From Azolla caroliniana (taxonomy: Eukaryota; Plantae; Polypodiophyta): 64,000 bases of DNA. A program made the position numbers and the translations under genes. The stretch covers positions 18,166,001 to 18,230,000 of the forward strand of contig JBHGNT010000007.1 in the NCBI GenBank assembly GCA_043228905.1, in the 5' to 3' direction. Positions 21,869-34,785 of the stretch are shown here, piece after piece (position 1 is the first letter of the stretch; each line of letters opens with the position of its first letter). The notes under the pieces are model-generated. The model had not been told where the DNA came from. It did not search any database and saw only the letters and a program-made list of their open reading frames with translations.

Positions 21869-24467
21869 AGGGGGAGTTTGTTGGGATTACGGTCCCTCCG
21901 GATGGGATGGTCAGATGTCCGGGAATCGGGAATGAAGACCCGAATGAGGAGTACCTGGTATCGGAACCGGATGACCCGGTTTCGGAGCCGGATGATGAAG
22001 ACCCCGGCTACGGAGCCGGATGACGAATGTACCCGGAGAGAGATCCGGATGCGGGGACATATTTGTGAATATGTTTGCCAAGGGCCCTCTAGGCTATATT
22101 TGTAAATAGCCCGAAAGTCATATGTGTATAAATATGACTTAGGGCAAACAGTTTTGTAGTTGTTGCTCATTTTTCTGTTTTCCACTTAGAGGGAGCGAAG
22201 TGAGAGCAGCCGAGAGAGAGAGAGTGAGAGAGAGAGAGAAAGGAAGAGGTCGACGCCTCTGTGTAATACCGCCGCCTGTGGCGAGGACAGCGAGCTCAAG
22301 GTCGTCGCCTTGTAGCTCGCCATTGTACATTCTCTGTGTTTTGATTTACTTCTGCATTGATTCGTGTTTCCTCGGTTGTGGCCGAGAGGCGAAGGTTTTG
22401 AAAGCGTCCATTTCCTGACATGAGATGGAAGGTGGGGACAGGAAAGCGTAGGATCGAGATGACGATGAGGACAATGAGGCGGATGATAGCGTACGAAGGG
22501 ATCCCTCCACACCGATTCCGGAGACTTCGGCAATTGTGCATGTTTGCCAATGTGAGACTGAGAGATGGGAGGTGGCGGCGAGGAGACATGGATCGAGGCC
22601 AGTGTACATGAAGGGAAGGAGGCAGCCGATGAGGAGGCCAAAGACGAAGCCACGATAAAGCTCGATGGGGAAACTGAGAAAGGGAGAGTCGGAAGCCAAT
22701 CCAACCAGAAGTAGATTCGACCTAGAAGGGCAATGATTTGGTTGGTTTCCCGAGCCGAGTGGAAGCCGACCCAAAAGTCGGTCAACTGGGCCCGATCCAG
22801 CCGACCCACGACTCGACCGAGACTGGTCGGTTGAACCTGATCTAGAGGGAAGCTGACCAAGTCAAGACCGATCGACCAAGACCAATTCGATCGAGGGAGG
22901 ATCCGAATGAAAACTGACTAAATCAGAAGAAGATCAACCGACATCAATCTAAGCATAATTCGGCCCGGCCTAGTCAGTGATCGAAGCGATCGAGCGGTGG
23001 CATTCGATCGGGGCTAGTGAGAGCAAGTAAGAGGCCAAATGGGCACGACTACTACGAGGAAGAAGACCGAGATCGAGAAGAATCCTCCACAACCGATCTC
23101 CGGACTTTGGCGGTTGCGGATCAACATAAGATCGGAGAGATGGAGGGTGGTGGTGAGGAGTCAAACGTCATAGCAGGCAAGGGTGCCGAAGGGGTCGGAC
23201 GGAGAGTTATGATGGACAATGGGGGCCAAGCAGGCCAACCGGATTGGAAAGGTGTTCCTTAGGACAAGGTGGCAATATTGAAGGCTAAAGAGGACACCGA
23301 AGCGGAGAACACCGACACGGATGTTGAGATGGTGGTGTACTCTACCGTAAGAGAACACCATGAGGAAGGGCGAGACGAGAAGTGTGAAATATGGTCACTT
23401 AAGGGCCTAGGGACGAGCACGTATTCGAAGGACATCCATGCCGATGAGAAGCGAGCAAGGAACGATGAAGGGAAGCACGCCGAAGTGCGAAGGTCGAAGG
23501 ATGGTCGGGTCCAAGGAGGCACATATGGGGTGCATGATGCACGGTATCTAGCATGCAATCAGAGTGGTTAGGAGTATAATCGGAGAACCTGTGCGGAGGA
23601 TGGAGGGTTATACCCGGAAAGAGCGATCAGGTCGGTGACATTGGTTGGGAGGCCTACGATAACCGGCCGGGGAGGAAGGCACGAGCACTTGATATGGTGG
23701 GTCATATGGAGCTAATGGTTTGAGGACATGCAACAAATATGGAGGGTCGGATGACAACGATGGTTTGGCTGGAAAGGATGGACATGCTCGAAGTGGAGGA
23801 TGAAGGCGGACGACGTCGGGTTGCCAAAAATCTCACCTCTTCCCTTTCTTGGCACATACTGGTGGATGTGCAGTTTGGTGGGGGTGGATGTCGTGAAGAT
23901 TTTCGGCTACGGTGAGAAAACTAGGTGGAGCGAATAAAACAGAGATGTGCAATGTTTGCATATGCCATTGTGGAAATTCTAAATAACAATAAGAGAAACC
24001 AATGTGAAAAGTAAGGTGCTAGAGTGCACCAAAAAGTTAGTGAGAGGTAGATGTGATGTCTACATTTGCAAGGCCTCCATTCATGGTTGGGAGACCGAGA
24101 GCTCCCCAACTTGTGGCTTGCCTGTGGAACCATTGTACCTCCTTTTTGTGTCAATCGGTTTGATGTTGTGGGTGTAATGAATCCTATTATATATACAACT
24201 ACAGTTATACATATTGTGTGGTATTTGTGTTTATCTATCTCTCTCTCTTCCTACTGGAATCTGTGTGTTTGTGTGTATGCGTGTGCATGTACTCTTCCCT
24301 CTCCCTATTCGTTGCATACAGCGTGGTTGAGATAACAACTAGGTTGGTGTCCTAGTCGGGGTGAATGACACCCGATGAAGATGGGTTCTCTCATTACCAT
24401 TTCTCCCTGGTCCAAGACCCCAGTGGTTCCGCCCAAGTCGACCCGCAAGTCGTGGAGATCCATGACA

Positions 24468-27400
24468 CCATAAAAACGAAATAACTCATCTATGAATTGG
24501 TAAGCCAAATCAGAAATTGTTATTGTGGCTTTAGTAGCAATAAATTTGGCCATTTTAGTTAGTTTATCAACCACAACCCATATGACATCATGTCCTTTTT
24601 GGGTGCAAGGAAGGCTAACAATAAAATCCATGAATATACTTTCCCATTTTTTGGGTGCGAGGAATTTCTAAGGGATGTAAAAGTCCAATGGATTTAATTC
24701 TCTTGGCTTTGTTAACCTGGCACTGGTAACTTTTAGTCACATAACTATATATGTCAGGACGTCATAGACCAATAGAGTTGAGTTGAGATGAGAACGAGTG
24801 TATGATGTATCCCCCAGGGTGCCTTATTGAGGGTGCATTCTGGCATTAAAAAAGATTTCTCTTTTTGACCTCAAGAAAATCTGGAACACAAACCTTCCCA
24901 TTACGGTAGAGCTGACCATTAGCAATGTGGAAGGAATACTTTGAGGTTTTGGTGATGTCTGTTCCAGACTCAACTCTTGTCCAGTATTTTGCAAAATAAT
25001 TGTCATAAGGATACTTTCCTCGAAGGTGATCATAAAGATCTGATGTTATTTTAGTGAAGCTAAGCATGTTAACTTCACATATGTGACTAAGTGCATCAAC
25101 GACAACATTCATCGATATCGTGTGGAAAAATCAAAGTCCTAGATGAGATCCGCCTATTGTGCCTTACGACCCTTAAGGTCTTTTTGGTCACAAACATATT
25201 TGAAGGACTCGTGGTTTGTAGTTACCACAAAATGATTTCCATAAAGATAATGGTGCATGGCTTTAGCGCATGGATAACTGCAAACAATTCCTTTTCTTGA
25301 ACGGTATACTGACATTGAGCAGAATCAAGTTTCTTATTCTCAAATGCTATTGGTTTACCATATTGATATAGGAAAACACCTATAGCATAATCACTTGCAT
25401 CAGTTTCAACATGAGAAGGTTTTGAAGGATATGGTAAAAGAAGCGAAGGAGCCTTGCATACCTAGTCCTTGAGTTCCTTAAAGGCGAGGCCTAGTGTAGC
25501 ATTCCATACTACCATTTTTGTAGACTTACGCGTTTGTCCTTTCATAAGATCAGTAAACAACGTCATCAATTGGGAGTAATTGTGAAGAGATCTTCACAAA
25601 AGCCCAAAAACACCACGAAAAGATCGAACTTCTCGAATATTCCGAAGAGTGGGCCAAAGTTTGACTTCCTTGATGCGAGAAGGATCAATTTCAACTCCTC
25701 GTTCGGTTATGAGACGTCCAAGATAAGCAATTATTGATTTCTTGAAGAACTCACATTTTGAGATCTTCGCATAGAATTGTTCATCACGCAATGTTTGTAA
25801 AACAAAGTGGACATGTTTAGCATGTTCTTCTAATGTACTGTTATAAACTAGAATAACAAAATTTCCAAGTTGTTCTAAAAAAATGTCATTCATTTCTTGT
25901 GAAAATGTGGTTGGAGCATTGATCAAACCAAAAGGCATGACCAAAAACTCATAATGGCCATAACACATACAAAATGCCAAAATGCCGTTTTAGGAACATC
26001 TTCCTCATACGAATTTGATGGTATCTCATACGAAGATCAAGTTTCGTAAAATATTGAGCTCCTTGGAGATTATCAATCAAATTGTCAGCCTAGGACAATG
26101 GATATGAATTCTTGATCATTACTTTATTCAAGCATCGGTAATTAATACACATATGCTGTGTGCCATCTTTCTTTTTTACCAAGAGAACAGGTGCACCCCA
26201 TGGAGATTTACTATAACGAATATAACTCCTTCGTAAATAGTCCTTGAGTTGCTTGGATACCTAATCCTCTTTAGATCGACTTAAGCGATGCAGATGTATA
26301 CTTATTGGTGTAACGCCAGGTAAAAAATCTATATAATGGTCTATATTACGTTTAGGAGGTAATCCATGTGGTAGTTCACTTGGAAAAACATCACGAAAAT
26401 CATTTAAGATTTCATCCTGTTGTTTAAAATATGGCAAATGATCTAGGACACTATCGATATTATAAACATAAATGTCCAGATCAATTACACAATAAAATAA
26501 AGAATAACAAGACAACTCGGATATTGATGGAGAGGAAACAATCAAAAGAGATTGTTTGTTTACACATTGAATAAAATGAGTACAATCATTCAGTACAAAT
26601 GTAATTGAATGATGAACCCAATCAATAGATAAAGAAGAGTCTTTATTAAAAAAACAAGGACAACCCATTATTACATTAATGGTACAAAGATTCATTACAT
26701 GGAAATCTTTTTCTTCTACATAAGTATCAATGTAGATTCCTAATGAATGAATCACCCCGTTGATGTATTGTACTCTTCCATCAGCCAAGCGCACCTTATA
26801 GGTGTGATCACTTACGGTTGTTTGGATTCCCCATATTTGAACCAAAGGGACATTCACAAAGTTATGTGAGCTTCTTGATTCAAATAAGAACTAGTATATT
26901 GGAGATCCATTGATATACCCATTTGCACGTAGTAAATCATTGGGTCCCCATACATAGTTAGGGAAAGAACATTTACAACTACTGAAATGATGTGTATAGA
27001 CCTAAAGGACATCAAGAGTCTGACCTTTATGGTCTGTAACTTTGGTTTTGTTGTCATGCTCTTTGCGTTGGAGCTTCCGACATTGCTCTTTTGTGTGACC
27101 CTTCTTTTTGTAGAATAAGCAAAAAGGATTTTGTCGCTTACAATCGTGATCCATGAATTTGTTAGGTGTCTTGCGTTTCCCAACGAATTGTGACTGCTTA
27201 TTCTAGGCACTTCCGGTTTGTTATGGTCCTTCTTCGAAGTGCGTTAATAACGAAGAACTATTTCAATGGCCTCTTCGAAGGATTTTGGATCCTTATCGTG
27301 CACTATCCAGTGATTGTCCAAGTTGGGGATGCCATTGACAAAACAAGCTATCAACCAAATTTCCCCGTCTAGACCTGATTTTTTAATTTGGGTTCTAGCA

Positions 27401-29653
27401 TGGTGAACATTTTTTTCTAGCGAGGAAAATTTCCAGCTAGAGAGGTTTATTAAAGCTTGTGCTGCCTTGGTTCGAGATGGACGTTGGAGAAATTGACCCT
27501 TGAAAACCTTGACAAAGTCTATCCAAGTATCTGGCAATTTCCCCATAGTGCAGAGCCCACGCCACCAGGCAGCCTCCTTACCCCCTAGTTCTTGACCAAC
27601 ATATGCAATCTTCGTATTATCTGGTTTGGGATAGAGCTTTAAAATGACACTCCCATTGGCCCAGTCACATGCAAATTGATTCTTTGGTTCTTTTTTTTTT
27701 TTCTCTCCCATAAATGACTTTATGACAAATGATGGTTCACCTTGACGCTCATTAGTTCTATTAATATCATATGGTATACTAATGACACGTGCCTCAAGAG
27801 CACTATGAGATTGCCTAAGTTCAGAAATCTCATGCAAGGTAGAATTAAGGAAAGTTCGCATTTGTAAATAATACGACTCAATGGGAATTGACCCAGGAGG
27901 ATTTCCTTGAACCCCTTCTGCTTGCATTGATGCCATCGAGTCGTTATTATGAGCCATTAAATGATACTTTTTGGCAAAGAAATAGGATAAGGTCAAACAA
28001 ATAGCCATAACATAATGTCGTGATGTAAACACATCATGGGCAAACATTAATCGATATTATGATCTCATGTCAATACCTCTAGACGTATGATATGAGGTTC
28101 AAGATCAGGTTACTATGGTAGCACAAAGGTGTTTTAAAAACCATGGGGGTAACAAATGAATGTCTTTCCCTAATCTCTATATCGATGTTTTCATGGCGGC
28201 TCCCCGAGGCTCAACCATGTATGTTTGTGTTATGAATAGTTTATACATGAAAAAATATTAACAATAAACTATGTCTCTATGCCCACCGATGTGGTTTCAG
28301 CTCTTTAAGTGCTATTACAAGGACCCCGAAGTGTACTTAGACCTAAAGTCTAAACATGTTTTATAGCCATATGTATCAATAATGTTGTATGGGTTTGATC
28401 ATATTTGAACTCGACACCTTGAGAACAAATCCATTAAACACTTGAGTTAACCAAATAGGTTGATTGTATTGAATGTCAATGTTTTATACATATGAGAGAT
28501 ATGCAAAGGCATGTACTCATATGTGTTTTTTAAAACAAAACATATATGCCTAGAGTCCTTATTTCCCCTTTCGTTAACAAGAAAACTATGTTGGTATGTT
28601 ACCCAACCTCAAGTCTCCTCATTATGATGGCATACCCCAAACTGCAACCTAATGGTCAACCAACACGAGCCCTGTTTTCGCATAAGGCACACATGACCCA
28701 TTACATTTTTACTTCATTACGAATGCCTACCATAATGATGATCTCATGGTGGCATTGTAATCATGTAATGAATGAGGAATGTTGGATGCATGTGTCATAT
28801 GGGCGACCTCACATGAAGTGGGTAAAGCCCTTACGCTCACAACATCATTGTGGCTATGCTTGTTTCAATCTAACTGTGTAACAAAATTGAGGTTACCAAG
28901 GAGAATACCAAAAGGAAATTTGTTTAAAGGATGGTGACTACACCGTTCTCACAAAAAATGTGAAGACGGCCACCATGTTCCTTTCCCCAAAAAGGACAAC
29001 CTTCAATATGCCAATAGCACGTAATAAATACTACTATACACACACACACACACATATGTTTATCACATATATATGATCAAATACCTATACAAGTGATTAC
29101 ATGTGCATATATTAAAGAATCGTTAACATAATATAGCCTATGAATGATCTAATTGAGATACATAATCAAGGCATATAGCCTCTACGCACACGAAACATCC
29201 AAAATAAGGCTGAACATAATACGCAATCGGGGTATTTATCTCTTATGCATACGATACAGATCGCATATCAAATGCATAGAAATTGAGGTATTGACCTCAT
29301 ACACATATGTAACCTATGTATGTGAACGTAAATTGACCTCATACGCATACGACACAAATCACATATCAATTATATGTCAATTGAGGTATTGACCTTATAC
29401 ACATATGTAAACGTTTAATACAACCAATTATTACCACTACAACATAATTGAATCAATGAGATTATTACATCTTCGACTTAAACATGATTAGAATGGGAGA
29501 AGAAAGAATAGAAAAAAAAAATTAAGAAAGGAATACCGAAGTTCTTTCATTGATGCCTTTCTGGATCAAGCTCAACCACACATCGATTGATCACCATCCA
29601 ACAAAAACAAACCAATCAACAAAAGAAACATTAGAACATACGCTCTAATACTA
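24468..29653 (-). mobile_element. Decayed Ty3/Gypsy retrotransposon (gag-PR-RT-RH-IN, many stops and frameshifts)
   Basis: Gag-like 27244-28047; PR and spacer 26261-26900 (GLPPKR..DH); RT GHYEFLVMPFGL; RH NVVVDALS; IN MDFIVSLP..VVVDKLTK cut by the LTR at 24467; decayed Met-PBS (gctctaatacta) at 29642-29653. Confidence 0.88.
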
Positions 29654-30168
29654 ACGGTTAGAGCCAGATCCTAATCTAAGCATATGATAAGGATATAATA
29701 GATAGATAGAAAAGAAAGGAGAGAGAGAAGGGACCGAGACGGGCTTGAGCCTCAATCGGCATCCCATACCACCACCATGTCATTGAATTGTACCTTGTAC
29801 TGGCACGCTTGCTACAAGAGTTTAATCGCGACGATGTCACGGAAATCCGTGTCTATGGGTCGATCGAACGGGACCACCAGGGTCTTTGACTGGGTAGGAC
29901 GAATCGAGTGACTTGTGCTTGCAAGGAATCGACTGTTTAGGTTTATCATCGGGTCGTTCTTTGTTGTCGAAGATGCGCCAGACCCAGACTCAGTCGTGCA
30001 GTGGATTGACGTGTAGGCAATAGTGATGTGGTGGTGCGCAACATTTTTGCGGGTGACGACGACGAAGTGATCTTTGTCGGTGCTAGTTCCTTCTTCATGA
30101 GAATTTCTGAGAGAGGGCAAATGACCACAAGAAATAAAATTGTAGTAGCTGAAGTGACGCACTAATGT

Positions 30169-30223
<55 letters not shown>

Positions 30224-30849
30224 CAATTCCGAGTTTGAACCCTTGACTTCAATGTTGAGAAACAAGACACGTGACCAATAAAATAACTAGGGTTTTTTAT
30301 TATTAATATCTTGATTCAATACATACCTTAATTCCCCTTCCTTTCTCTTCCTTTCTTTCTTATATAGAGGGCCCCATGCATATGATGCATGTGAGGGTGT
30401 AAGACATGCATACTCTAGTCTATTTCCCAACCAGGCGGTGGGGACTCAACGAATCAATGATGCGTAGATGGATCGGCCCTTTTTACTGTCATCCGGTCCA
30501 TGGGGACCAACACCTATTCTCGCCGCCAAGATGCTAATGGACGGATGACCTATGTGCGCGTGATGCAGATGAAGCCATAAGTCAAGCATTCCACAAATAG
30601 TACGACACATCATAAGGCATCACCCTCAATGACACAAGAAGAATCAACTTACCAAGATGTCCCCTGCAATGATGGATCATAAAGGCGTTTAGTCCTATCC
30701 AACAAGTAGGATGAATCAAAAACACCATTGAACACGATCAACCGGGACGCCATCTATAACGATAGATCATCAAATGTACTCCCGACAACAACGAATCAAA
30801 GGCACCATCAGGCACAGCCGGCAAACACAATTTTTTCGAAAGGGGGAGT

Positions 30850-31153
30850 TGTGGGACCACACTGTAAAACCAAAGGGTAAAACCCTTGACCTAACCCAAG
30901 TAACTATAACCAAGGTTTGGGGAGTTATACCTTAGTTTAGTTAGGGGTAACTAGAGGAGTAACTGTAAACGTGCCAAGATAATAGGAGGTATCTTGGAAT
31001 GTACTAACAAACTCTATAAAGGAGTTGAGATGTAAACAAACAAAGGGGAAGAGTTTGAGGCATTTCAATATTTCTATAATAAATATAAAAATTTATTTGT
31101 TTTTTTAATAAATAAAATAAAGGTTCATAAACCCCCCCATTTTGTATTTGACA
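30850..31153 (+). repeat. Possible 3' LTR relic
   Basis: PPT-like aagggggag, then TGTGG...TGACA with internal TATAAA and AATAAA; no partner found. Confidence 0.35.
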
Positions 31154-31454
31154 TTATAAAGGAGACTTAATAATCCATTAATGAATTATTGTTCTTTTTT
31201 TAGTGAACTAAATATATTGTGGCGTTCAAGACATAATCAAGATGTAATTCCCCAAAATAACCAGTGTCCATTACCTTGGCTTGTCTATTACTTATATAGT
31301 GCAATTACATGATGAAAGTTATAACCATTCACTTTCTATTCTTGGCATGACTTGGGTTGGTAGTTATAGTACGTTGTACATGACAATATTTTTTAATTTT
31401 GTTTTCAAAAAATAAATAAATTATTTTTTATTATATTTATTTTACGAAATGAAC

Positions 31455-31640
31455 GGTTTTATAATATTATTGGGGCCATTTCATATTCTTGAATATTGGG
31501 AATATTATGCATGAAGAATATCACGAATATCACACAAGTGTGAATCTATGGTTGGAACCATAGATTGACCCATGTGTGATATTCGTGAAATTCACAATAT
31601 TCAAGAATATGAAATGGCCCCAAGAATATCATAAAACCAT
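31455..31640. repeat. Long imperfect inverted repeat
   Basis: Arms ggttttat..ggggccatttcatattcttgaatattg / caatattcaagaatatgaaatggcccc..ataaaacc, tcacgaatatcacaca / tgtgtgatattcgtga, and aatctatggtt / aaccatagatt. Confidence 0.9.
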
Positions 31641-32240
31641 TTGTTTTAAATTTATATAATAGAAAGTATTTAATTCACTAAAACATTAATTAAATCACTA
31701 AGACAATAATTAATTTATTACTAATACATTAATCAATTTACTAATAATTAATTAACTCAATTAAATATTAATTAATTCAGTAATACATTACTTAATTCAT
31801 TAAAACATTAATTAATTCATTGAAAAATATTAAATAATGAATTAATACATTAATAATTAATTAGTTAATTAAGGTTCCAATGAAACCATGAGTTTGCAAC
31901 TGAGAACAGGATGAAGGATTAATGTAGAGCATGAGAGGGAGGCGAGGATGTAAGCCAAAAAGAAGAAATATGGTCGAAATTAGGATTTTGATTGAAATTA
32001 GTGTTTCAACTGAAACCCTAATTTTTTGGCTAAGAACAGGATGTAGAGGGAGGCGAGGGTGTAAGCACGCACAAAGAGCAGGGTGAGGCTCCACAAAAGC
32101 GCACAATTTCTTTTTCTAAAGAAAACAATTTTTTTTAAAAAGAAGAAGAAAAAAACAAATACATTTACATGTATTCGTATTCGCACTCGTATGCATTCGT
32201 GGAGCAGGCTCCATGAATGTGAATATGTCAATCTATGGTT
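31556..32240. mobile_element. Putative MITE with 14-bp TIR AACCATAGATTGAC
   Basis: TIR at 31556-31569 and its reverse complement at 32227-32240; AT-rich internal minisatellite; no TSD found. Confidence 0.5.
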
Positions 32241-32834
32241 GAGACTATGACAGTGTGGCTATGACTCTTGTTGGCTAAGCACCTACAATTTGTCTCATGT
32301 CTCACGTCGTTGCTAGGGGTGCTCGGCTAGATTGGCACCCTTTTTTCCTTGCTTTGGTAAATAAATTCTTATGTTTTGCTTAATTAATTAGTCAAATTCT
32401 AATTGTTGGTATCAAAGTATACTTCTTTTTTCATGTTTTCACTTGGTTTTTTTTGTGATCCATGAAGGAATAAACGAGGCATGGCCTCTCGATCTAGGAA
32501 CAATTGGAGCATGAAATTTAGTATTTATAATTGTCCCTTCTTTCTCATCATATATTCTCTTTGATTGTGTGTTACAACTATGTCTCATAATTCAATGCAT
32601 GTTTGAGTGCCCTAACTTGTGTTCCTTGTGGTATTACCAATATGTTGGTGTGTATAGTTATGTTTTTGTATCCGTATTTTTTATCACCCCGAACAATTTG
32701 GTTGGTTTTTCGTACCACGTTGTGATGAGAACTACCTCATGAATTAGGGACCCCTTGCTTCCCCCCCAAACAAATATATGGGTTCTAGATTGGAAGGAAT
32801 TAGGGCGCACATGCACAACACGATTGTTCGATCA

Positions 32835-33620
32835 TTTTGTGAAAAAGAGAGGTGCATGGGCAAGCCTGAAATGCTCCTTAGTCACAAGACCAATGAACAC
32901 ACAAGACACGAAAGTTCAAATGCCTTTATGAAAAGGAGAGGTGCATGGGCAGGCCCAAAGTGCTCCCTAGTCACAAGATATGCGAACACACAAAGAACAA
33001 GCTTACACACAAGACCCAAAAGTTTGGATGCCTTTGTGAAAAGGAGAGGTGCATGGGCATGCCCAAAACGCTTGCTAGTCACAAGACACACGAACACACA
33101 AAGGGAAGGCTTACACACAAGACATGAAAATTCAAATGCCTTTGTGAAAGGAGAGGTGCATGGGCACGCCCGAATCAACCCCTTGTCATAAGATGAGCGA
33201 ACACACGAAAGGAACTTACACGCACAAGACATGAATGTTCAAATTCCTTTGTGAAATGGAGAGGTGCATGGGCAAGCCCAAATCAACCCCTAGTCACAAC
33301 AAGAACGAATGTACAAGAGGAACTTATACACACAAGACACAAATGTTCGAACACCTTTGTGAAAAGGAGAGTTGCATGGGCAAGCCCGAATCACCCCCTA
33401 GTCACAAGACGAACAAACACACGAGATGAAGTTACACACAAGACTCGAATGTTCAAATGTCTTTGGAAAAAGGAGAGGTGCATGGGCAAGCCCGAAACAC
33501 TCCCTAGTCACAAGACAAATGAACATTCGAGATATGAATGTTCGAACACCTTTGTGAAAAGGAGAGGTGCATGGGAAAGCCCGAAAACGCTCCCTAGACA
33601 CAAGACAAACGATCACATGA
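32835..33620 (+). repeat. Tandem array, 8 units of ~89-108 bp
   Basis: tttgtgaaaaggagaggtgcatgggcaagccc...ctagtcacaagac recurs 8 times. May lie within a solo LTR at 32721-34461 (TGTGA...TCACA). Confidence 0.9.
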
Positions 33621-34689
33621 AAGGAATAATGTAGGTTAAAAGTAAACAACACTTGATACAAAGCAAAACCACCTTTTATAAAATAAGGGTTTCATATTAC
33701 AATAGGTTTTGTTTACAAGAGAGATAGTTCATAAACAAAAAGGGGAAGAAAAATGGAGAAAAAATTGAGTGGAGCATCAAAGGGAGTATATCCTTGAGTT
33801 TGGTGAATAGATCCAACGATCGATGGCTTCGTTGCCTCCTCTCGATGTTGATATCTCATGCTCTCTTGATCGAGATTCCTCTTCTTACTCTTCCACCTTT
33901 CAAAACCGAAGAGCTTCCGCGTCCTCTTCTCCCTCTGCCCCTTCTGGCTAATACGCTCTTATTTATAGGTTTTTCGTTGTGTTATTCGTGCTTTTAAAAA
34001 ACAAACTTGAGTCTATGTGAGGCGTTTTTCTTTTTATCACTATTTATCCTTTTTAATCCCAAATTTTTCATACAAGTTATTTTTTGAAAGCTCTCTTTGT
34101 CAGCTTTTTTATGAACTTTTTCTTTTGAAATTTGGATATTGGATGAAGAAGTTATGCTTTTTTTTTTTCTTTACCTATATCTTCATATCCACGCCTTGCT
34201 TTTTCTTTTTACTTTCTTTTTTCCTACTTTTGAACAACACCTCTAACCTTATATCCCTTCGAGTTCCTTCTTTATTTGATACTTGATTATTTCATATCAC
34301 GCTTTATTCTTAGACATCTTTGCATGCAACGCATTAGCAACGTATTTTCTCACGAACAAAATTAACTTTGCAATATCGATGTGCCTTGCATGAGTTCATC
34401 TTTGTGGCACGTTTGGTTTATTTGAACTACTCTTTTATTTTCTATATGGGGTGGTTTCACACTATGTATTGAAAGCATTATGACAATGTATCGATGTGAG
34501 GTTTGGAACCATCAACATCCCATCTATATGTGGGAATGCTTCCAACATTTCATAGATGCAACCATGTGTTAGGAAATTTCTCCTAACGTATGACAACTGA
34601 ATATCAACATACAACACATACATAATCATCCATCCATTGACACACACATGCACACATATGTACAAACACACACACCACACACACACACA

Positions 34690-34785
34690 TTTATTTATTT
34701 ATTTCCAAAAAAGACGTCCTTTCATTAGTGTAATAAAAAAATAAATTTACAACGTTTTGATTCCTATGTGATCGGTGGAGGACAT
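34690..34785 (-). mobile_element. LINE-Y 3' end with (AAAT)n tail
   Basis: Reverse complement resembles the 3' ends at about 43020-43103 and 58200-58290 (atcacatag...ttgtaaa...actaatga). Confidence 0.7.

Larger units (their letters stand above)
18367..22420 (+). mobile_element. Copia A: young Ty1/Copia (Tork/Tnt1-like), internally deleted
   Basis: LTRs 18367-18961 and 21879-22420; perfect TSD TGAGA; PBS tggtatcagagc (iMet) at 18965-18976; PPT gaagggggag at 21867-21876. Confidence 0.97.
16367..24467 (+). mobile_element. Non-autonomous Gypsy-type LTR element with tRNA-Trp PBS, interrupted by Copia A
   Basis: Related LTRs at 16367-17109 (5'-truncated) and 23889-24467 (TGTCGTG...CATGACA); PBS tggtgaacccaacgtgaa at 17116-17133; PPT-like tggtgggggtgga before 23889; gag relic at about 17255-17800; no pol seen. 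Confidence 0.8.

Noticed and set aside
19046-22860. Many antisense and overlapping ORFs (also at 35-40 kb and 48-53 kb)
   Set aside because: Shadow frames of GC-rich retrotransposon coding sequence; no motifs.
17000-23900. GC-rich block as bacterial contamination or HGT
   Set aside because: Fully explained by plant LTR elements with LTRs, PBS, PPT and TSD.
32835-33620. CRISPR-like regular repeats
   Set aside because: Whole units are homologous with no unique spacers, there are no cas genes, and the context is eukaryotic.
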